Shown: positions 33,901-48,900 of the stretch, one piece after another | Position numbering within the stretch: the first letter of the stretch is position 1 | Layout of the letters: the number at the start of each line of letters is the position of its first letter | Source: Eledone cirrhosa | Lineage: Eukaryota | DNA length: 64,000 nt | Direction of reading: 5' to 3' | Assembly (NCBI GenBank): GCA_964016885.1 | Contig: OZ024744.1 | Span: 109,802,001 to 109,866,000, forward strand | Program-made: the position numbers and the translations under genes | Notes under the pieces: model-generated | Seen by the model: only the letters and a program-made list of their open reading frames with translations | The model's database searches: none | Told to the model about the DNA's origin: nothing

Positions 33901-36900
33901 CTCTCTGTCCCGGTGTCTCTACCTCTCTGTCCCTGTATCTCTACCTCTCTGTCCCTGTGTCTCTACCTCTCTGTCCCTGTGTCTCTACCTCTCTGTCCCT
34001 GTGTCTCTACCTCTCTGTCCCGGTGTCTCTACCTCACTGTCCATATGTCTCTACCTCTTTCTCCATGTGTCTCTACCTCTCTGTCCTTGTGTCTCTACCT
34101 CTCTGTCCCTGTGTCTCTACCTCACTGTCCCTGTGTCACTACCTCACTGTCCCTGTCTCTCTACCTCTCTGTCTATGTCTCTCTACCTCTCTGTCCATGT
34201 CTCTCTACCTCACAGTCCATGTGTCTCTACCTCACTGTCCCTGTGTCTCTACCTCTCTGTCCCTGTGTCTCTACCTCTCTGTCCATGTGTCTCCACCTCT
34301 CTGTCCATGTGTCTCTACCTCACTGTCCATGTGTCTCTACCTCACTGTCCATGTGTCTCTACCTCTCTGTCCCTGTGTCTCTACCTCTCTGTCCATGTGT
34401 CTGTACCTCTCTGTCCATGTGTCTCTACCTCACTGTCCATGTCTCTCTACCTCTCTGTCCCTGTGTCTCTACCTCTCTGTCCATGTGTCTCTACCTCACT
34501 GTCCATGTCTCTCTACCTCTCTGTCCCTGTCTCTCTACCTCTCTGTCCCTGTGTTTGTACCTCTCTGTCCATGTGTCTCTACCTCACTGTCCATGTCTCT
34601 CTACCTCTCTGTCCCTGTGTCTCTACCTCTCTGTCCCTGTGTCTCTACCTCTCTGTCCATGTGTCTCTACCTCTCTGTCCCTGTCTCTCTACCTCTCTGT
34701 CCCTGTGTCTCTACCTCACTGTCCCTGTGTCTCTACCTCTCTGTCCATGTGTCTCTACCTCTCTGTCCCTGTGTCTCTACCTCTCTGTCCCTGTGTCTCT
34801 ACTTCACTGTCCATGTGTCTCTACCTCTCTGTACATGTGTCTCTACCTCTCTGTCCATGTGTCTCTACCTCACTGTCCCTGTGTCTCTACCTCTCTGTCC
34901 CTGTGTCTCTACCTCTCTGTCCCTGTGTCTCTACCTCACTGTCCATGTGTCTCTACCTCACTGTCCATGTCTCTCTACCTCACTGTCCCTGTGTCTCTAC
35001 CTCACTGTCCATGTGTCTCTACCTCTCAGTCCATGTGTCTCTACATCACTGTCCCTGTCTCTCTAACTCTCTGTCCATGTGTCTCTACCTCTCTGTCCAT
35101 GTGTCTCTACCTCTCTGTCCATGTCTCTCTACCTTTCTGTCCCTGTGTCTCTACCTCACTGTCCATGTCTCTCTACCTCACTGTCCCTGTGTCTCTACCT
35201 CAGTGTCCATGTGTCTCTACCTCTCTTCCATGTGTCTCTACCTCACTGTCCCTGTCTCTCTACCTCTCTGTCCATGTGTCTCTACCTCTCTGTCCATGTG
35301 TCTCTACATCACTGTCTATGTCTCTCTACCTCTCTGTCCCTGTGTCTCTACCTCACTGTCCATGTGTCTCTACCTCTCTGTCCATGTGTCTCTACCTCAC
35401 TGTCCATGTGTCTCTACCTCACTGTCCATGTGTCTCTACCTCTCTGTCCATGTGTCTCTACCTCACTGTCCATGTGTCTCTAGCTCACTGTCCATGTGTC
35501 TCTACCTCTCTGTCCATGTGTCTCTACCTCTCTGTCCCTGTCTCTCTACCTCACTGTCCCTGTGTCTCTACCTCACTGTCCATGTGTCTCTTCCTCTCTG
35601 TCCATGTGTCTCTACCTCTCTGTCCATGTGTCTCTACCTCACTGTCCATGTCTCTCTACCTCTCTGTCCATGTGTCTCTACCTCTCTGTCCCTGTCTCTC
35701 TACCTCTCTGTCCCTGTGTCTCTACCTCTCTGTCCCCGTGTCTCTACCTCTCTGTCCCTGTGTCTCTACCTCTCTGTCCCTGTGTCTCTACCTCTCTGTA
35801 CATGTCTCTCTACCTCTCTGTTCCTGTCTCTGTACCTCACTGTCCATGTGTCTCTACCTCCCTGTCCCTGTGTCTCTACCTCTCTGTCCCTGTGTCTCTA
35901 CCTCTCTGTCCCTGTGTCTCTACCTCTCTGTCCCTGTGTCTCTACCTCTCTGTCCCTGTGTCTCTACATCTCTGTCCCTGTGTCTCTACCTCACTGTCCA
36001 TGTGTCTCTACCTCTCTGTCCCTGTGTCTCTACCTCTCTGTCCATGTCTCTCTACCTCTCTGTCCCTGTCTCTCTACCTCTCTGTCCATGTCTCTCTACC
36101 TCTCTGTCCCTGTGTCTCTACCTCACTGTCCATGTGTCTCTACCTCTCTGTCCCTGTGTCTCTATTTCTCTGTCCCTGTGTCTCTACATCTCTGTCCCTG
36201 TGTCTCTACCTCTCTGTCCCTGTGTCTCTACCTCTCTGTCCCTGTGTCTCTACCTCTCTGTCCCTGTGTCTCTACCTCTCTGTCCCTGTGTCTCTACCTC
36301 TCTGTCCCTGTGTCTCTACCTCTCTGTCCCTGTGTCTCTACATCTCTGTCCCTGTGTCTCTACCTCACTGTCCATGTGTCTCTACCTCTCTGTCTATGTG
36401 TCTCTACCTCTCTGTCCATGTCTCTCTACCTCTCTGTCCCTGTGTCTCTACCTCTCTGTCCATGTCTCTCTACCTCTCTGTCCCTGTCTCTCTACCTCTC
36501 TGTCCATGTCTCTCTACCTCTCTGTCCCTGTGTCTCTACCTCACTGTCCATGTGTCTCTACCTCTCTGTCCCTGTGTCTCTATTTCTCTGTCCCTGTGTC
36601 TCTACCTCTCTGTCCATGTGTCTCTTCCTCTCTGTCCCTGTGTCTCTACCTCCCTGTCCCTGTGTCTCTACCTCTCTGTCCATGTGTCTCTACCTCTCTG
36701 TCCCTGTGTCTCTACCTCTCTGTCCCTGTGTCTCTACCTCTCTGTCCATGTGTCTCTACCTCTCTGTCCCTGTCTCTCTACCTCTCTGTCCCTGTGTCTC
36801 TACCTCTCTGTCCCTGTGTCTCTACCTCTCTGTCCCTGTGTCTCTACCTCACTGTCCATGTGTCTCTACCTCTCTGTCCATGTGTCTCTACCTCTCTGCC

Positions 36901-39900
36901 CATGTGTCTCTACCTCACTGTCCATGTCTCTCTACCTCACTGTCCCTGTGTCTCTACCTCACTGTCCATGTGTCTCTACCTCTCTGTCCATGTGTCTCTA
37001 CCTCACTGTCCCTGTCTCTCTAACTCTCTGTCCACGTGTCTCTACCTCTCTGTCCATGTCTCTCTACCTCTCTGTCCCTGTGTCTCTACCTCTCTGTCCA
37101 TGTGTCTCTACCTCTCTGTCCATGTATCTCTACCTCTCTGTCCATGTCTCTCTACCTCTCTGTCCATGTCTCTCTACCTCACTGTCCATGTCTCTCTACC
37201 TCTCTGTCCCTGTGTCTCTACCTCTCTGTCCATGTGTCTCTACCTCTCTGTCCATGTGTCTCTACCTCTCTGTCCATGTGTCTCTACCTCTCTGTCCATG
37301 TGTCTCTACCTCACTGTCCCTGTGTCTCTACCTCACTTTCCATGTCTCTCTACCTCACTGTCCCTGTGTCTCTACCTCTCTGTCCCTGTGTTTCTACCTC
37401 TCTGTCCATGTCTCTCTACCTCTCTGTCCATGTCTCTCTACCTCTCTGTCCCTGTGTCTCTACCTCTCTGTCCCTGTGTCTCTACCTCTCTGTCCCTGTG
37501 TCTCTACCTCACTGTCCATATGTCTCTACCTCTTTCTCCATGTGTCTCTACCTCTCTGTCCCTGTGTCTCTACCTCTCTGTCCATGTGTCTCTACCTCTC
37601 TGTCCCTGTGTCTCTACCTCTCTGTCTATGTCTCTCTACCTCTCTGTCCATGTCTCTCTACCTCTCTGTCCCTGTGTCACTACCTCACTGTCCCTGTCTC
37701 TCTACCTCTCTGTCTATGTCTCTCTACCTCTCTGTCCATGTCTCTCTACCTCACAGTCCATGTGTCTCTACCTCTCTGTCCATGTGTCTCTACCTCGCTG
37801 TCCATGTGTCTCTACCTCACTGTCCATGTGTCTCTACCTCTCTGTCCCTGTGTCTCTACCTCTCTGTCCATGTGTCTGTACCTCTCTGTCCATGTGTCTC
37901 TACCTCACTGTCCATGTCTCTCTACCTCTCTGTCCCTGTGTCTCTACCTCTCTGTCCATGTCTCTCTACCTCTCTGTCCATGTGTCTCTACCTCACTGTC
38001 CATGTCTCTCTACCTCTCTGTCCATGTGTCTCTACCTCCCTGTCCCTGTGTCTCTACCTCTCTGTCCCTGTGTCTCTACCTCTCTGTCCATGTGTCTCTA
38101 CCTCACTGTCCATGTCTCTCTACCTCTCTGTCCCTGTCTCTCTACCTCTCTGTCCCTGTGTCTGTACCTCTCTGTCCATGTGTCTCTACCTCACTGTCCA
38201 TGTCTCTCTACCTCTCTGTCCCTGTGTCTCTACCTCACTGTCCCTGTGTCTCTACCTCTCTGTCCCTGTGTCTCTACCTCTCTGTCCATGTGTCTCTACC
38301 TCACTGTCCATGTGTCTCTACCTCACTGTCCATGTGTCTCTACCTCACTGTCCATGTGTCTCTACCTCTCTGTCCCTGTGTCTCTACCTCTCTGTCCATG
38401 TGTCTGTACCTCTCTGTCCATGTGTCTCTACCTCACTGTCCATGTGTCTCTACCTTTCTGTCCCTGTGTCTCTACCTCTCTGTCCATGTCTCTCTACCTC
38501 TCTGTCCATGTGTCTCTACCTCACTGTCCATGTCTCTCTACCTCTCTGTCCCTGTCTCTCTACCTCTCTGTCCCTGTGTCTGTACCTCTCTGTCCATGTG
38601 TCTCTACCTCACTGTCCATGTCTCTCTACCTCTCTGTCCCTGTGTCTCTACCTCTCTGTCCCTGTGTCTCTACCTCTCTGTCCATGTGTCTCTACCTCTC
38701 TGTCCCTGTCTCTCTACCTCTCTGTCCCTGTGTCTCTACCTCACTGTCCCTATGTCTCTACCTCTCTGTCCATGTGTCTCTACCTCTCTGTCCCTGTGTC
38801 TCTACCTCTCTGTCCCTGTGTCTCTACTTCACTGTCCATGTGTCTCTACCTCTCTGTACATGTGTCTCTACCTCTCTGTCCATGTGTCTCTACCTCATGT
38901 CCATGTCTCTCTACCTCACTGTCCCTGTGTCTCTACCTCACTGTCCATGTGTCTCTACCTCTCAGTCCATGTGTCTCTACCTCACTGTTCCTGTCTCTCT
39001 ACCTCTCTGTCCATGTGTCTCTACCTCTCTGTCCATGTGTCTCTACCTCTCTGTCCATGTCTCTCTACCTCTCTGTCCCTGTGTCTCTACCTCACTGTCC
39101 ATGTCTCTCTACCTCACTGTCCCTGTGTCTCTACCTCAGTGTCCATGTGTCTCTACCTCTCTTCCATGTGTCTCTACCTCACTGTCCCTGTCTCTCTACC
39201 TCTCTGTCCATGTGTCTCTACCTCTCTGTCCATGTGTCTCTACCTCACTGTCTATGTCTCTCTACCTCTCTGTCCCTGTGTCTCTACCTCACTGTCCATG
39301 TGTCTCTACCTCTCTGTCCATGTGTCTCTACCTCACTGTCCATGTGTCTCTACCTCACTGTCCATGTGTCTCTACCTCTCTGTCCATGTGTCTCTACCTC
39401 ACTGTCCATGTGTCTCTAGCTCACTGTCCATGTGTCTCTACCTCTCTGTCCATGTGTCTCTACCTCTCTGTCCCTGTCTCTCTACCTCACTGTCCCTGTG
39501 TCTCTACCTCACTGTCCATGTGTCTCTACCTCACTGTCCATGTGTCTCTACCTCTCTGTCCATGTGTCTCTACCTCACTGTCCCTGTCTCTCTACCTCTC
39601 TGTCCATGTGTCTCTACCTCTCTGTCCATGTGTCTCTACCTCACTGTCTATGTCTCTCTACCTCTCTGTCCCTGTGTCTCTACCTCACTGTCCATGTGTC
39701 TCTACCTCTCTGTCCATGTGTCTCTACCTCACTGTCCATGTGTCTCTACCTCACTGTCCATGTGTCTCTACCTCTCTGTCCATGTGTCTCTACCTCACTG
39801 TCCATGTGTCTCTAGCTCACTGTCCATGTGTCTCTACCTCTCTGTCCATGTGTCTCTACCTCTCTGTCCCTGTCTCTCTACCTCACTGTCCCTGTGTCTC

Positions 39901-42900
39901 TACCTCACTGTCCATGTGTCTCTACCTCACTGTCCATGTGTCTCTACCTCTCTGTCCATGTGTCTCTACCTCACTGTCCATGTCTCTCTACCTCTCTGTC
40001 CATGTGTCTCTACCTCTCTGTCCCTGTCTCTCTACCTCACTGTCCCTGTGTCTCTACCTCACTGTCCATGTGTCTCTACCTCACTGTCCATGTGTCTCTA
40101 CCTCTCTGTCCATGTGTCTCTACCTCACTGTCCATGTCTCTCTACCTCTCTGTCCATGTGTCTCTACCTCACTGTCGATGTGTCTCTACCTCTCTGTCCA
40201 TGTGTCTCTACCTCTCTGTCCCTGTGTCTCTACCTAAATGTCCATGTGTCTCTACCTCTCTGTCCATGTGTCTCTACCTCACTGTCCATGTGTCTCTACC
40301 TCACTGTCCACGTGTCTCTACCTCTCTGTCCATGTGTCTCTACCTCTCTGTCCATGTCTCTCTACCTCTCTGTCCCTGTGTCTCTACCTCTCTGTCCCTG
40401 TGTCTCTACCTCTCTGTCCATGTGTCTCTACCTCTCTGTCCCTGTGTCTCTACCTCTCTGTCCATGTGTCTCTACCTCTCTGTCCATGTCTCTCTACCTC
40501 TCTGTCCATGTCTCTCTACCACTCTGTCCATGTGTCTCTACCTCTCTGTCCCTGTGTCTCTACATCTCTGTACCTGTGTCTCTACCTCTCGGTCCTTGTG
40601 TCTCTACATCTCTGTCCCTGTATCTCTACCTCTCTGTCCCTGTGTCTCTACCTCTCTGTCCCTGTGTCTCTACCTCACTGTCCCTGTGTCTCTACCTCTC
40701 TGTCCACGTGTCTCTACCTCACTGTCCCTGTGTCTCTACCTCTATGTCCATGTGTCTCTACCTCTCTGTCCATGTGTCTCTACCTCTCTGTCCATGTGTC
40801 TCTACCTCTCTGTCCAAGTGTGTCTACCTCTCTGTCCATGTGTCTCTACCTCTCTGTCCATGTCTCTCTACCTCTCTGTCCCTGTGTCTCTACCTCACTG
40901 TCCATGTGTCTCTATTTCTCTGTCCATGTGTCTCTACCTCTCTGTACCTGTGTCTCTACCTCACTGTCCATGTGTTTCTACCTCTCTGTCCATGTGTCTC
41001 TACCTCTCTGTCCATGTGTCTCTACCTCTCTGTCCATGTGTCTCTACCTCTCTGTCCCTGTGTCTCTACCTCTCTGTCCATGTGTCTCTACCTCTCTGTC
41101 CATGTGTCTCTACCTCCCTGTTCCTGTCTCTACCTCTCTGTCCCTGTCTCTCTACCTCACTGTCCATGTCTCTCTACCTCTCTGTCCATGTGTCTCTACC
41201 TCTCTGTCCCTGTGTCTCTACCTCTCTGTCCCTGTCTCTACGTCTCTGTCCCTGTGTCTCTACCTCTCTGTTCATGTCTCTATACCTCCCTGTCCCTGTC
41301 TCTACCTCTCTGTCCATGTGTCTCTACCTCACTGTCCATGTCTCTCTACCTCTCTGTCCATGTCTCTCTACCTCTCTGTCCCTGTGTCTCTACCTCTCTG
41401 TCCCTGTCTCTCTACATCTCTGTCCCTGTGTCTCTACCTCACTGTCCCTGTGTCGCTACCTCACTGTACATGTGTCTCTACCTCTCTGTCCATGTGTCTC
41501 TACCTCTCTGTCCATGTCTCTCTACCTCTCTGTCCATGTGTCTCTTCCTCTCTGTCCCTGTGTCTCTACCTCTCTGTCCATGTGTCTCTACCTCCCTGTC
41601 CCTGTCTCTACCTCTCTGTCCCTGTGTCTCTACCTCTCTGTCCATGTGTCTCTACCTCTCTGTCCATGTCTCTCTACCTCTCTGTCCATGAGTCTCTACC
41701 TATCTGTCCATGTGTCTCTACCTCTCTGTCCCTGTCTCTCTACCTCTCTGTCCCTGTGTCTCTACTTCTCTGTCCCTGTGTCTCTACCTCACTGTCCCTG
41801 TGTCTCTACCTCACTGTCCATGTGTCTCTACCTCTCTGTCCCTGTGTCTCTACCTCTCTGTCCCTGTGTCTCTACCTCTCTGTCCATGTGTCTCTACCTC
41901 TCTGTCCATGTCTCTCTACCTCTCTGTCCATGTGTCTCTACCTCTCTGTCCATGTCTCTCTACTTCTCTGTCCATGTCTCTCTACCTCTCTGTCCCTGTG
42001 TCTCTACCTCTCTGTCCCTGTGTCTCCACCTCTCTGTCCCTGTGTCTCTACCTCTCTGTCCCTGTGTCTCTACCTCACTGTCCATGTCTCTCTACCTCAC
42101 TGTCCATGTGTCTCTACCTCTCTGTCCATGTGTCTCTACCTCCCTGTCCCTGTCTCTACCTCTCTGTCCCTGTGTCTCTACCTCTCTGTCCCTGTGTCTC
42201 TACCTCTCTGTCCCTGTGTCTGTACCTCTCTGTCCATGTGTCTCTACCTCTCTGTCCATGTGTCTCTACCTCTCTGTCCATGTGTCTCTACCTCTCTGTC
42301 CATGTGTCTCTACCTCTCTGTCCATGTGTCTCTACCTCTCTGTCCCTGTGTCTCTACCTCACTGTCCATGTGTCTCTACCTCACTGTCCATGTGTCTCTA
42401 CCTCTCTGTCCCTGTGTCTCTACCTCACTGTCCATGTGTCTCTACCTCACTGTCCATGTGTCTCTACCTCTCTGTCCATGTGTCTCTACCTCTCTGTCCC
42501 TGTGTCTCTACCTCACTGTCCATGTGTCTCTACCTCTCTGTCCATGTGTCTCTACCTCTCTGTCCCTGTGTCTCTACCTCACTGTGCATGTGTCTCTACC
42601 TCACTGTCCATGTGTCTCTACCTCTCTGTCCATGTGTCTCTACCTCTCTGTCCATGTCTCTCTACCTCTCTGTCCCTGTGTCTCTACCTCTCTGTCCCTG
42701 TGTCTCTACCTCTCTGTCCATGTGTCTCTACCTCTCTGTCCCTGTGTCTCTACCTCTCTGTCCATGTGTCTCTACCTCTCTGTCCATGTCTCTCTACCTC
42801 TCTGTCCATGTCTCTCTACCACTCTGTCCCTGTGTCTCTACCTCTCTGTCCCTGTGTCTCTACATCTCTGTCCCTGTGTGTCTACCTCTCTGTCCTTGTA

Positions 42901-45900
42901 TCTCTACCTCTCTGTCCATGTGTCTCTACCTCTCTGTCCATGTGTCTCTACCTCTCTGTCCATGTGTCTCTACCTCTCTGTCCAAGTGTCTCTACCTCAC
43001 TGTCCCTGTGTCTCTACCTCTCTGTCCATGTGTCTCTACCTCTCTGTCCATGTGTCTCTACCTCTCTGTCCATGTGTCTCTACCTCTCTGTCCATGTGTC
43101 TCTACCTCTCTGTCCAAGTGTCTCTACCTCACTGTCCCTGTGTCTCTACCTCTCTGTCCACATGTCTCTACCTCACTGTCCCTGTGTCTCTACCTCTCTG
43201 TCCATGTGTCTCTACCTCTCTGTCCATGTGTCTCTACCTCTATGTCCATGTGTCTCTACCTCTCTGTCCATGTGTCTCTACCTCTCTGTCCATGTGTCTC
43301 TACATCTCTGTCCCTGTGTGTCTACCTCTCTGTCCTTGTATCTCTACCTCTCTGTCCATGTGTCTCTACCTCTCTGTCCATGTGTCTCTACCTCTCTGTC
43401 CATGTGTCTCTACCTCTCTGTCCAAGTGTCTCTACCTCACTGTCCCTGTGTCTCTACCTCTCTGTCCATGTGTCTCTACCTCTCTGTCCATGTGTCTCTA
43501 CCTCTCTGTCCATGTGTCTCTACCTCTCTGTCCATGTGTCTCTACCTCTCTGTCCAAGTGTGTCTACCTCTCTGTCCATGTGTCTCTACCTCTCTGTCCA
43601 TGTCTCTCTACCTCTCTGTCCCTGTGTCTCTACCTCATTGTCCATGTGTCTCTACCTCTCTGTACCTGTGTCTCTACCTCACTGTCCATGTGTTTCTACC
43701 TCTCTGTCCATGTGTCTCTACCTCTCTGTCCATGTGTCTCTACCTCTCTGTCCATGTGTCTCTACCTCTCTGTCCCTGTGTCTCTACCTCTCTGTCCATG
43801 TGTCTCTACCTCTCTGTCCATGTGTCTCTACCTCCCTGTTCCTGTCTCTACCTCTCTGTCCCTGTCTCTCTACCTCACTGTCCATGTCTCTCTACCTCTC
43901 TGTCCATGTGTCTCTACCTCTCTGTCCCTGTGTCTCTACCTCTCTGTCCCTGTCTCTACCTCTCTGTCCCTGTGTCTCTACCTCTCTGTTCATGTCTCTA
44001 TACCTCTCTGTCCCTGTGTCTCTACCTCTCTGTCCCTGTCTCTCTACATCTCTGTCCCTGTGTCTCTACCTCACTGTCCCTGTGTCGCTACCTCACTGTA
44101 CATGTGTCTCTACCTCTCTGTCCATGTGTCTCTACCTCTCTGTCCATGTCTCTCTACCTCTCTGTCCATGTGTCTCTTCCTCTCTGTCCCTGTGTCTCTA
44201 CCTCTCTGTCCATGTGTCTCTACCTCCCTGTCCCTGTCTCTACCTCTCTGTCCATGTGTCTCTACCTCACTGTCCATGTGTCTCTACCTCACTGTCCATG
44301 TGTCTCTACCTCTCTGTCCATGTGTCTCTACCTCCCTGTCCCTGTCTCTACCTCTCTGTCCATGTCTCTCTATCTCTCTGTCCATGTGTCTCTACCTCTC
44401 TGTCCCTGTGTCTCTACCTCTCTGTCCATGTGTCTCTACCTCTCTGTCCCTGTGCCTCTACCTCTCTGTCCATGTGTCTCTACCTCTCTGTCCCTGTGTC
44501 TCTACCTCTCTGTCCTTGTGTCTCTACCTCTCTGTCCCTGTCTCTCTACCTCTCTGTCCATGTCTCTCTACCTCTCTGTCCATGTGTCTCTCTACCTCTC
44601 TGTCCCTGTGTCTCTCTAACTCTCTGTCCACGTGACTCTCTACCTCTCTGTCCCTGTGTCTCTACCTCACTGTCCATGTCTCTCTACCTCGCTGTCCCTG
44701 TGTCTCTACCTCTCTGTCCATGTGTCTCTACCTCTCTGTCCCTGTGTCTCTACCTCTCTGTCCCTGTGTCTCTACCTCTCTGTCCATGTGTCTCTACCTC
44801 TCTGTCCCTGTGTCTCTACCTCTCTGTCCATGTGTCTCTACCTCTCTGTCCATGTATCTCTACCTCTCTGTCCATGTCTCTCTACCTCTCTGTCCATGTC
44901 TCTCTACCTCACTGTCCATGTCTCTCTACCTCTCTGTCCCTGTGTCTCTACCTCTCTGTCCATGTCTCTCTACCTCACTGTCCATGTGTCTCTACCTCTC
45001 TGTCCATGTGTCTCTACCTCACTGTCCCTGTGTCTCTACCTCACTTTCCATGTCTCTCTACCTCACTGTCCCTGTGTCTCTACCTCTCTGTCCCTGTGTT
45101 TCTACCTCTCTGTCCATGTCTCTCTACCTCTCTGTACATGTGTCTCTACCTCTCTGTCCCTGTGTCTCTACCTCTCTGTCCCTGTATCTCTACCTCTCTG
45201 TCCCTGTGTCTCTACCTCTCTGTCCCTGTGTCTCTACCTCTCTGTCCCTGTGTCTCTACCTCTCTGTCCCTGTGTCTCTACCTCACTGTCCATATGTCTC
45301 TACCTCTTTCTCCATGTGTCTCTACATCTCTGTCCCTGTGTCACTACCTCACTGTCCCTGTCTCTCTACCTCTCTGTCTATGTCTCTCTACCTCTCTGTC
45401 CATGTCTCTCTACCTCACAGTCCATGTGTCTCTACCTCACTGTCCCTGTGTCTCTACCTCTCTGTCCCTGTGTCTCTACCTCTCTGTCCATGTGTCTCTA
45501 CCTCTCTGTCCATGTGTCTCTACCTCACTGTCCATGTGTCTCTACCTCACTGTCCATGTGTCTCTACCTCCCTGTCCCTGTGTCTCTACCTCTCTGTCCA
45601 TGTGTCTGTACCTCTCTGTCCATGTGTCTCTACCTCACTGTCCATGTCTCTCTACCTCTCTGTCCCTGTGTCTCTACCTCTCTGTCCATGTGTCTCTACC
45701 TCACTGTCCATGTCTCTCTACCTCTCTGTCCCTGTCTCTCTACCTCTCTGTCCCTGTGTCTGTACCTCTCTGTCCATGTGTCTCTACCTCACTGTCCATG
45801 TCTCTCTACCTCTCTGTCCCTGTGTCTCTACCTCTCTGTCCCTGTGTCTCTACCTCTCTGTCCATGTGTCTCTACCTCTCTGTCCCTGTCTCTCTACCTC

Positions 45901-48900
45901 TCTGTCCCTGTGTCTCTACCTCACTGTCCCTGTGTCTCTACCTCTCTGTCCATGTGTCTCTACCTCTCTGTCCCTGTGTCTCTACCTCTCTGTCCCTGTG
46001 TCTCTACTTCACTGTCCATGTGTCTCTACCTCTCTGTACATGTGTCTCTACCTCTCTGTCCATGTGTCTCTACCTCATGTCCATGTCTCTCTACCTCACT
46101 GTCCCTGTGTCTCTACCTCACTGTCCATGTGTCTCTACCTCTCAGTCCATGTGTCTCTACCTCACTGTTCCTGTCTCTCTACCTCTCTGTCCATGTGTCT
46201 CTACCTCTCTGTCCATGTGTCTCTACCTCTCTGTCCATGTCTCTCTACCTCTCTGTCCCTGTGTCTCTACCTCACTGTCCATGTCTCTCTACCTCACTGT
46301 CCCTGTGTCTCTACCTCAGTGTCCATGTGTCTCTACCTCTCTTCCATGTGTCTCTACCTCACTGTCCCTGTCTCTCTACCTCTCTGTCCATGTGTCTCTA
46401 CCTCTCTGTCCATGTGTCTCTACCTCACTGTCTATGTCTCTCTACCTCTCTGTCCCTGTGTCTCTACCTCACTGTCCATGTGTCTCTACCTCTCTGTCCA
46501 TGTGTCTCTACCTCACTGTCCATGTGTCTCTACCTCACTGTCCATGTGTCTCTACCTCTCTGTCCATGTGTCTCTACCTCACTGTCCATGTGTCTCTAGC
46601 TCACTGTCCATGTGTCTCTACCTCTCTGTCCATGTGTCTCTACCTCTCTGTCCCTGTCTCTCTACCTCACTGTCCCTGTGTCTCTACCTCACTGTCCATG
46701 TGTCTCTACCTCACTGTCCATGTGTCTCTACCTCTCTGTCCATGTGTCTCTACCTCACTGTCCATGTCTCTCTACCTCTCTGTCCATGTGTCTCTACCTC
46801 TCTGTCCCTGTCTCTCTACCTCACTGTCCCTGTGTCTCTACCTCACTGTCCATGTGTCTCTACCTCACTGTCCATGTGTCTCTACCTCTCTGTCCATGTG
46901 TCTCTACCTCACTGTCCATGTCTCTCTACCTCTCTGTCCATGTGTCTCTTCCTCTCTGTCCCTGGGTCTCTACCTCTCTGTCCATGTGTCTCTACCTCCC
47001 TGTCCCTGTCTCTACCTCTCTGTCCATGTGTCTCTACCTCACTGTCCATGTGTCTCTACCTCACTGTCCATGTGTCTCTACCTCTCTGTCCATGTGTCTC
47101 TACCTCCCTGTCCCTGTCTCTACCTCTCTGTCCATGTCTCTCTACCTCTCTGCCCATGTGTCTCTACCTCTCTGTCCCTGTGTCTCTACCTCTCTGTCCA
47201 TGTGTCTCTACCTCTCTGTCCCTGTGTCTCTACCTCTCTGTCCATGTGTCTCTACCTCTCTGTCCCTGTGTCTCTACCTCTCTGTCCTTGTGTCTCTACC
47301 TCTCTGTCCCTGTCTCTCTACCTCTCTGTCCATGTCTCTCTACCTCTCTGTCCATGTGTCTCTCTACCTCTCTGTCCCTGTGTCTCTCTAACTCTCTGTC
47401 CACGTGTCTCTCTACCTCTCTGTCCATGTGTCTCTGCCTCTCTGTCCATGTGTCTCTACCTCTCTGTCCATGTCTCTCTACCTCGCTGTCCATGTGTCTC
47501 TATCTCACTGTCCCTGTGTCTCTACCTCTCTGTCCATGTGTCTCTACCTCTCTGTCCCTGTGTCTCTACCTCTCTGTCCATGTGTCTCTACCTCTCTGTC
47601 CCTGTGTCTCTACCTCTCTGTCCCTGTCTCTCTACCTCTCTGTCCATGTGTCTCTACCTCTCTGTCCCTGTGTCTCTACCTCTCTGTCCATGTGTCTCTA
47701 CCTCTCTGTCCCTGTCTCTCTACCTCTCTGTCCATGTGTCTCTACCTCTCTGTCCATGTCTCTCTATCTCTCTGTCCATCTCTCTCTACCTCTCTATCCC
47801 TGTGTCTCTACCTCTCTGTCCATGTGTCTCTACCTCTCTGTCCATGTCTCTCTACCTCTCTGTCCATGTCTCTCTACCTCACTGTCCATGTCTCTCTACC
47901 TCTCTGTCCCTGTGTCTCTACCTCTCTGTCCATGTGTCTCTACCTCTCTGTCCATGTGTCTCTACCTCTCTGTCCATGTGTCTCTACCTCTCTGTCCATG
48001 TGTCTCTACCTCACTGTCCCTGTGTCTCTCCCTCACTTTCCATGTCTCTCTACCTCACTGTCCCTGTGTCTCTACCTCTCTGTCCCTGTGTCTCTACCTC
48101 TCTGTCCATGTCTCTCTACCTCTCTGTACATGTGTCTCTACCTCTCTGTCCCGGTGTCTCTACCTCTCTGTCCCTGTATCTCTACCTCTCTGTCCCTGTG
48201 TCTCTACCTCTCTGTCCCTGTGTCTCTACCTCTCTGTCCCTGTGTCTCTACCTCTCTGTCCCGGTGTCTCTACCTCACTGTCCATATGTCTCTACCTCTT
48301 TCTCCATGTGTCTCTACCTCTCTGTCCTTGTGTCTCTACCTCTCTGTCCCTGTGTCTCTACCTCACTGTCCCTGTGTCACTACCTCACTGTCCCTGTCTC
48401 TCTACCTCTCTGTCTATGTCTCTCTACCTCTCTGTCCATGTCTCTCTACCTCACAGTCCATGTGTCTCTACCTCACTGTCCCTGTGTCTCTACCTCTCTG
48501 TCCCTGTGTCTCTACCTCTCTGTCCATGTGTCTCTACCTCTCTGTCCATGTGTCTCTACCTCACTGTCCATGTGTCTCTACCTCACTGTCCATGTGTCTC
48601 TACCTCTCTGTCCCTGTGTCTCTACCTCTCTGTCCATGTGTCTGTACCTCTCTGTCCATGTGTCTCTACCTCACTGTCCATGTCTCTCTACCTCTCTGTC
48701 CCTGTGTCTCTACCTCTCTGTCCATGTGTCTCTACCTCACTGTCCATGTCTCTCTACCTCTCTGTCCCTGTCTCTCTACCTCTCTGTCCCTGTGTTTGTA
48801 CCTCTCTGTCCATGTGTCTCTACCTCACTGTCCATGTCTCTCTACCTCTCTGTCCCTGTGTCTCTACCTCTCTGTCCCTGTGTCTCTACCTCTCTGTCCA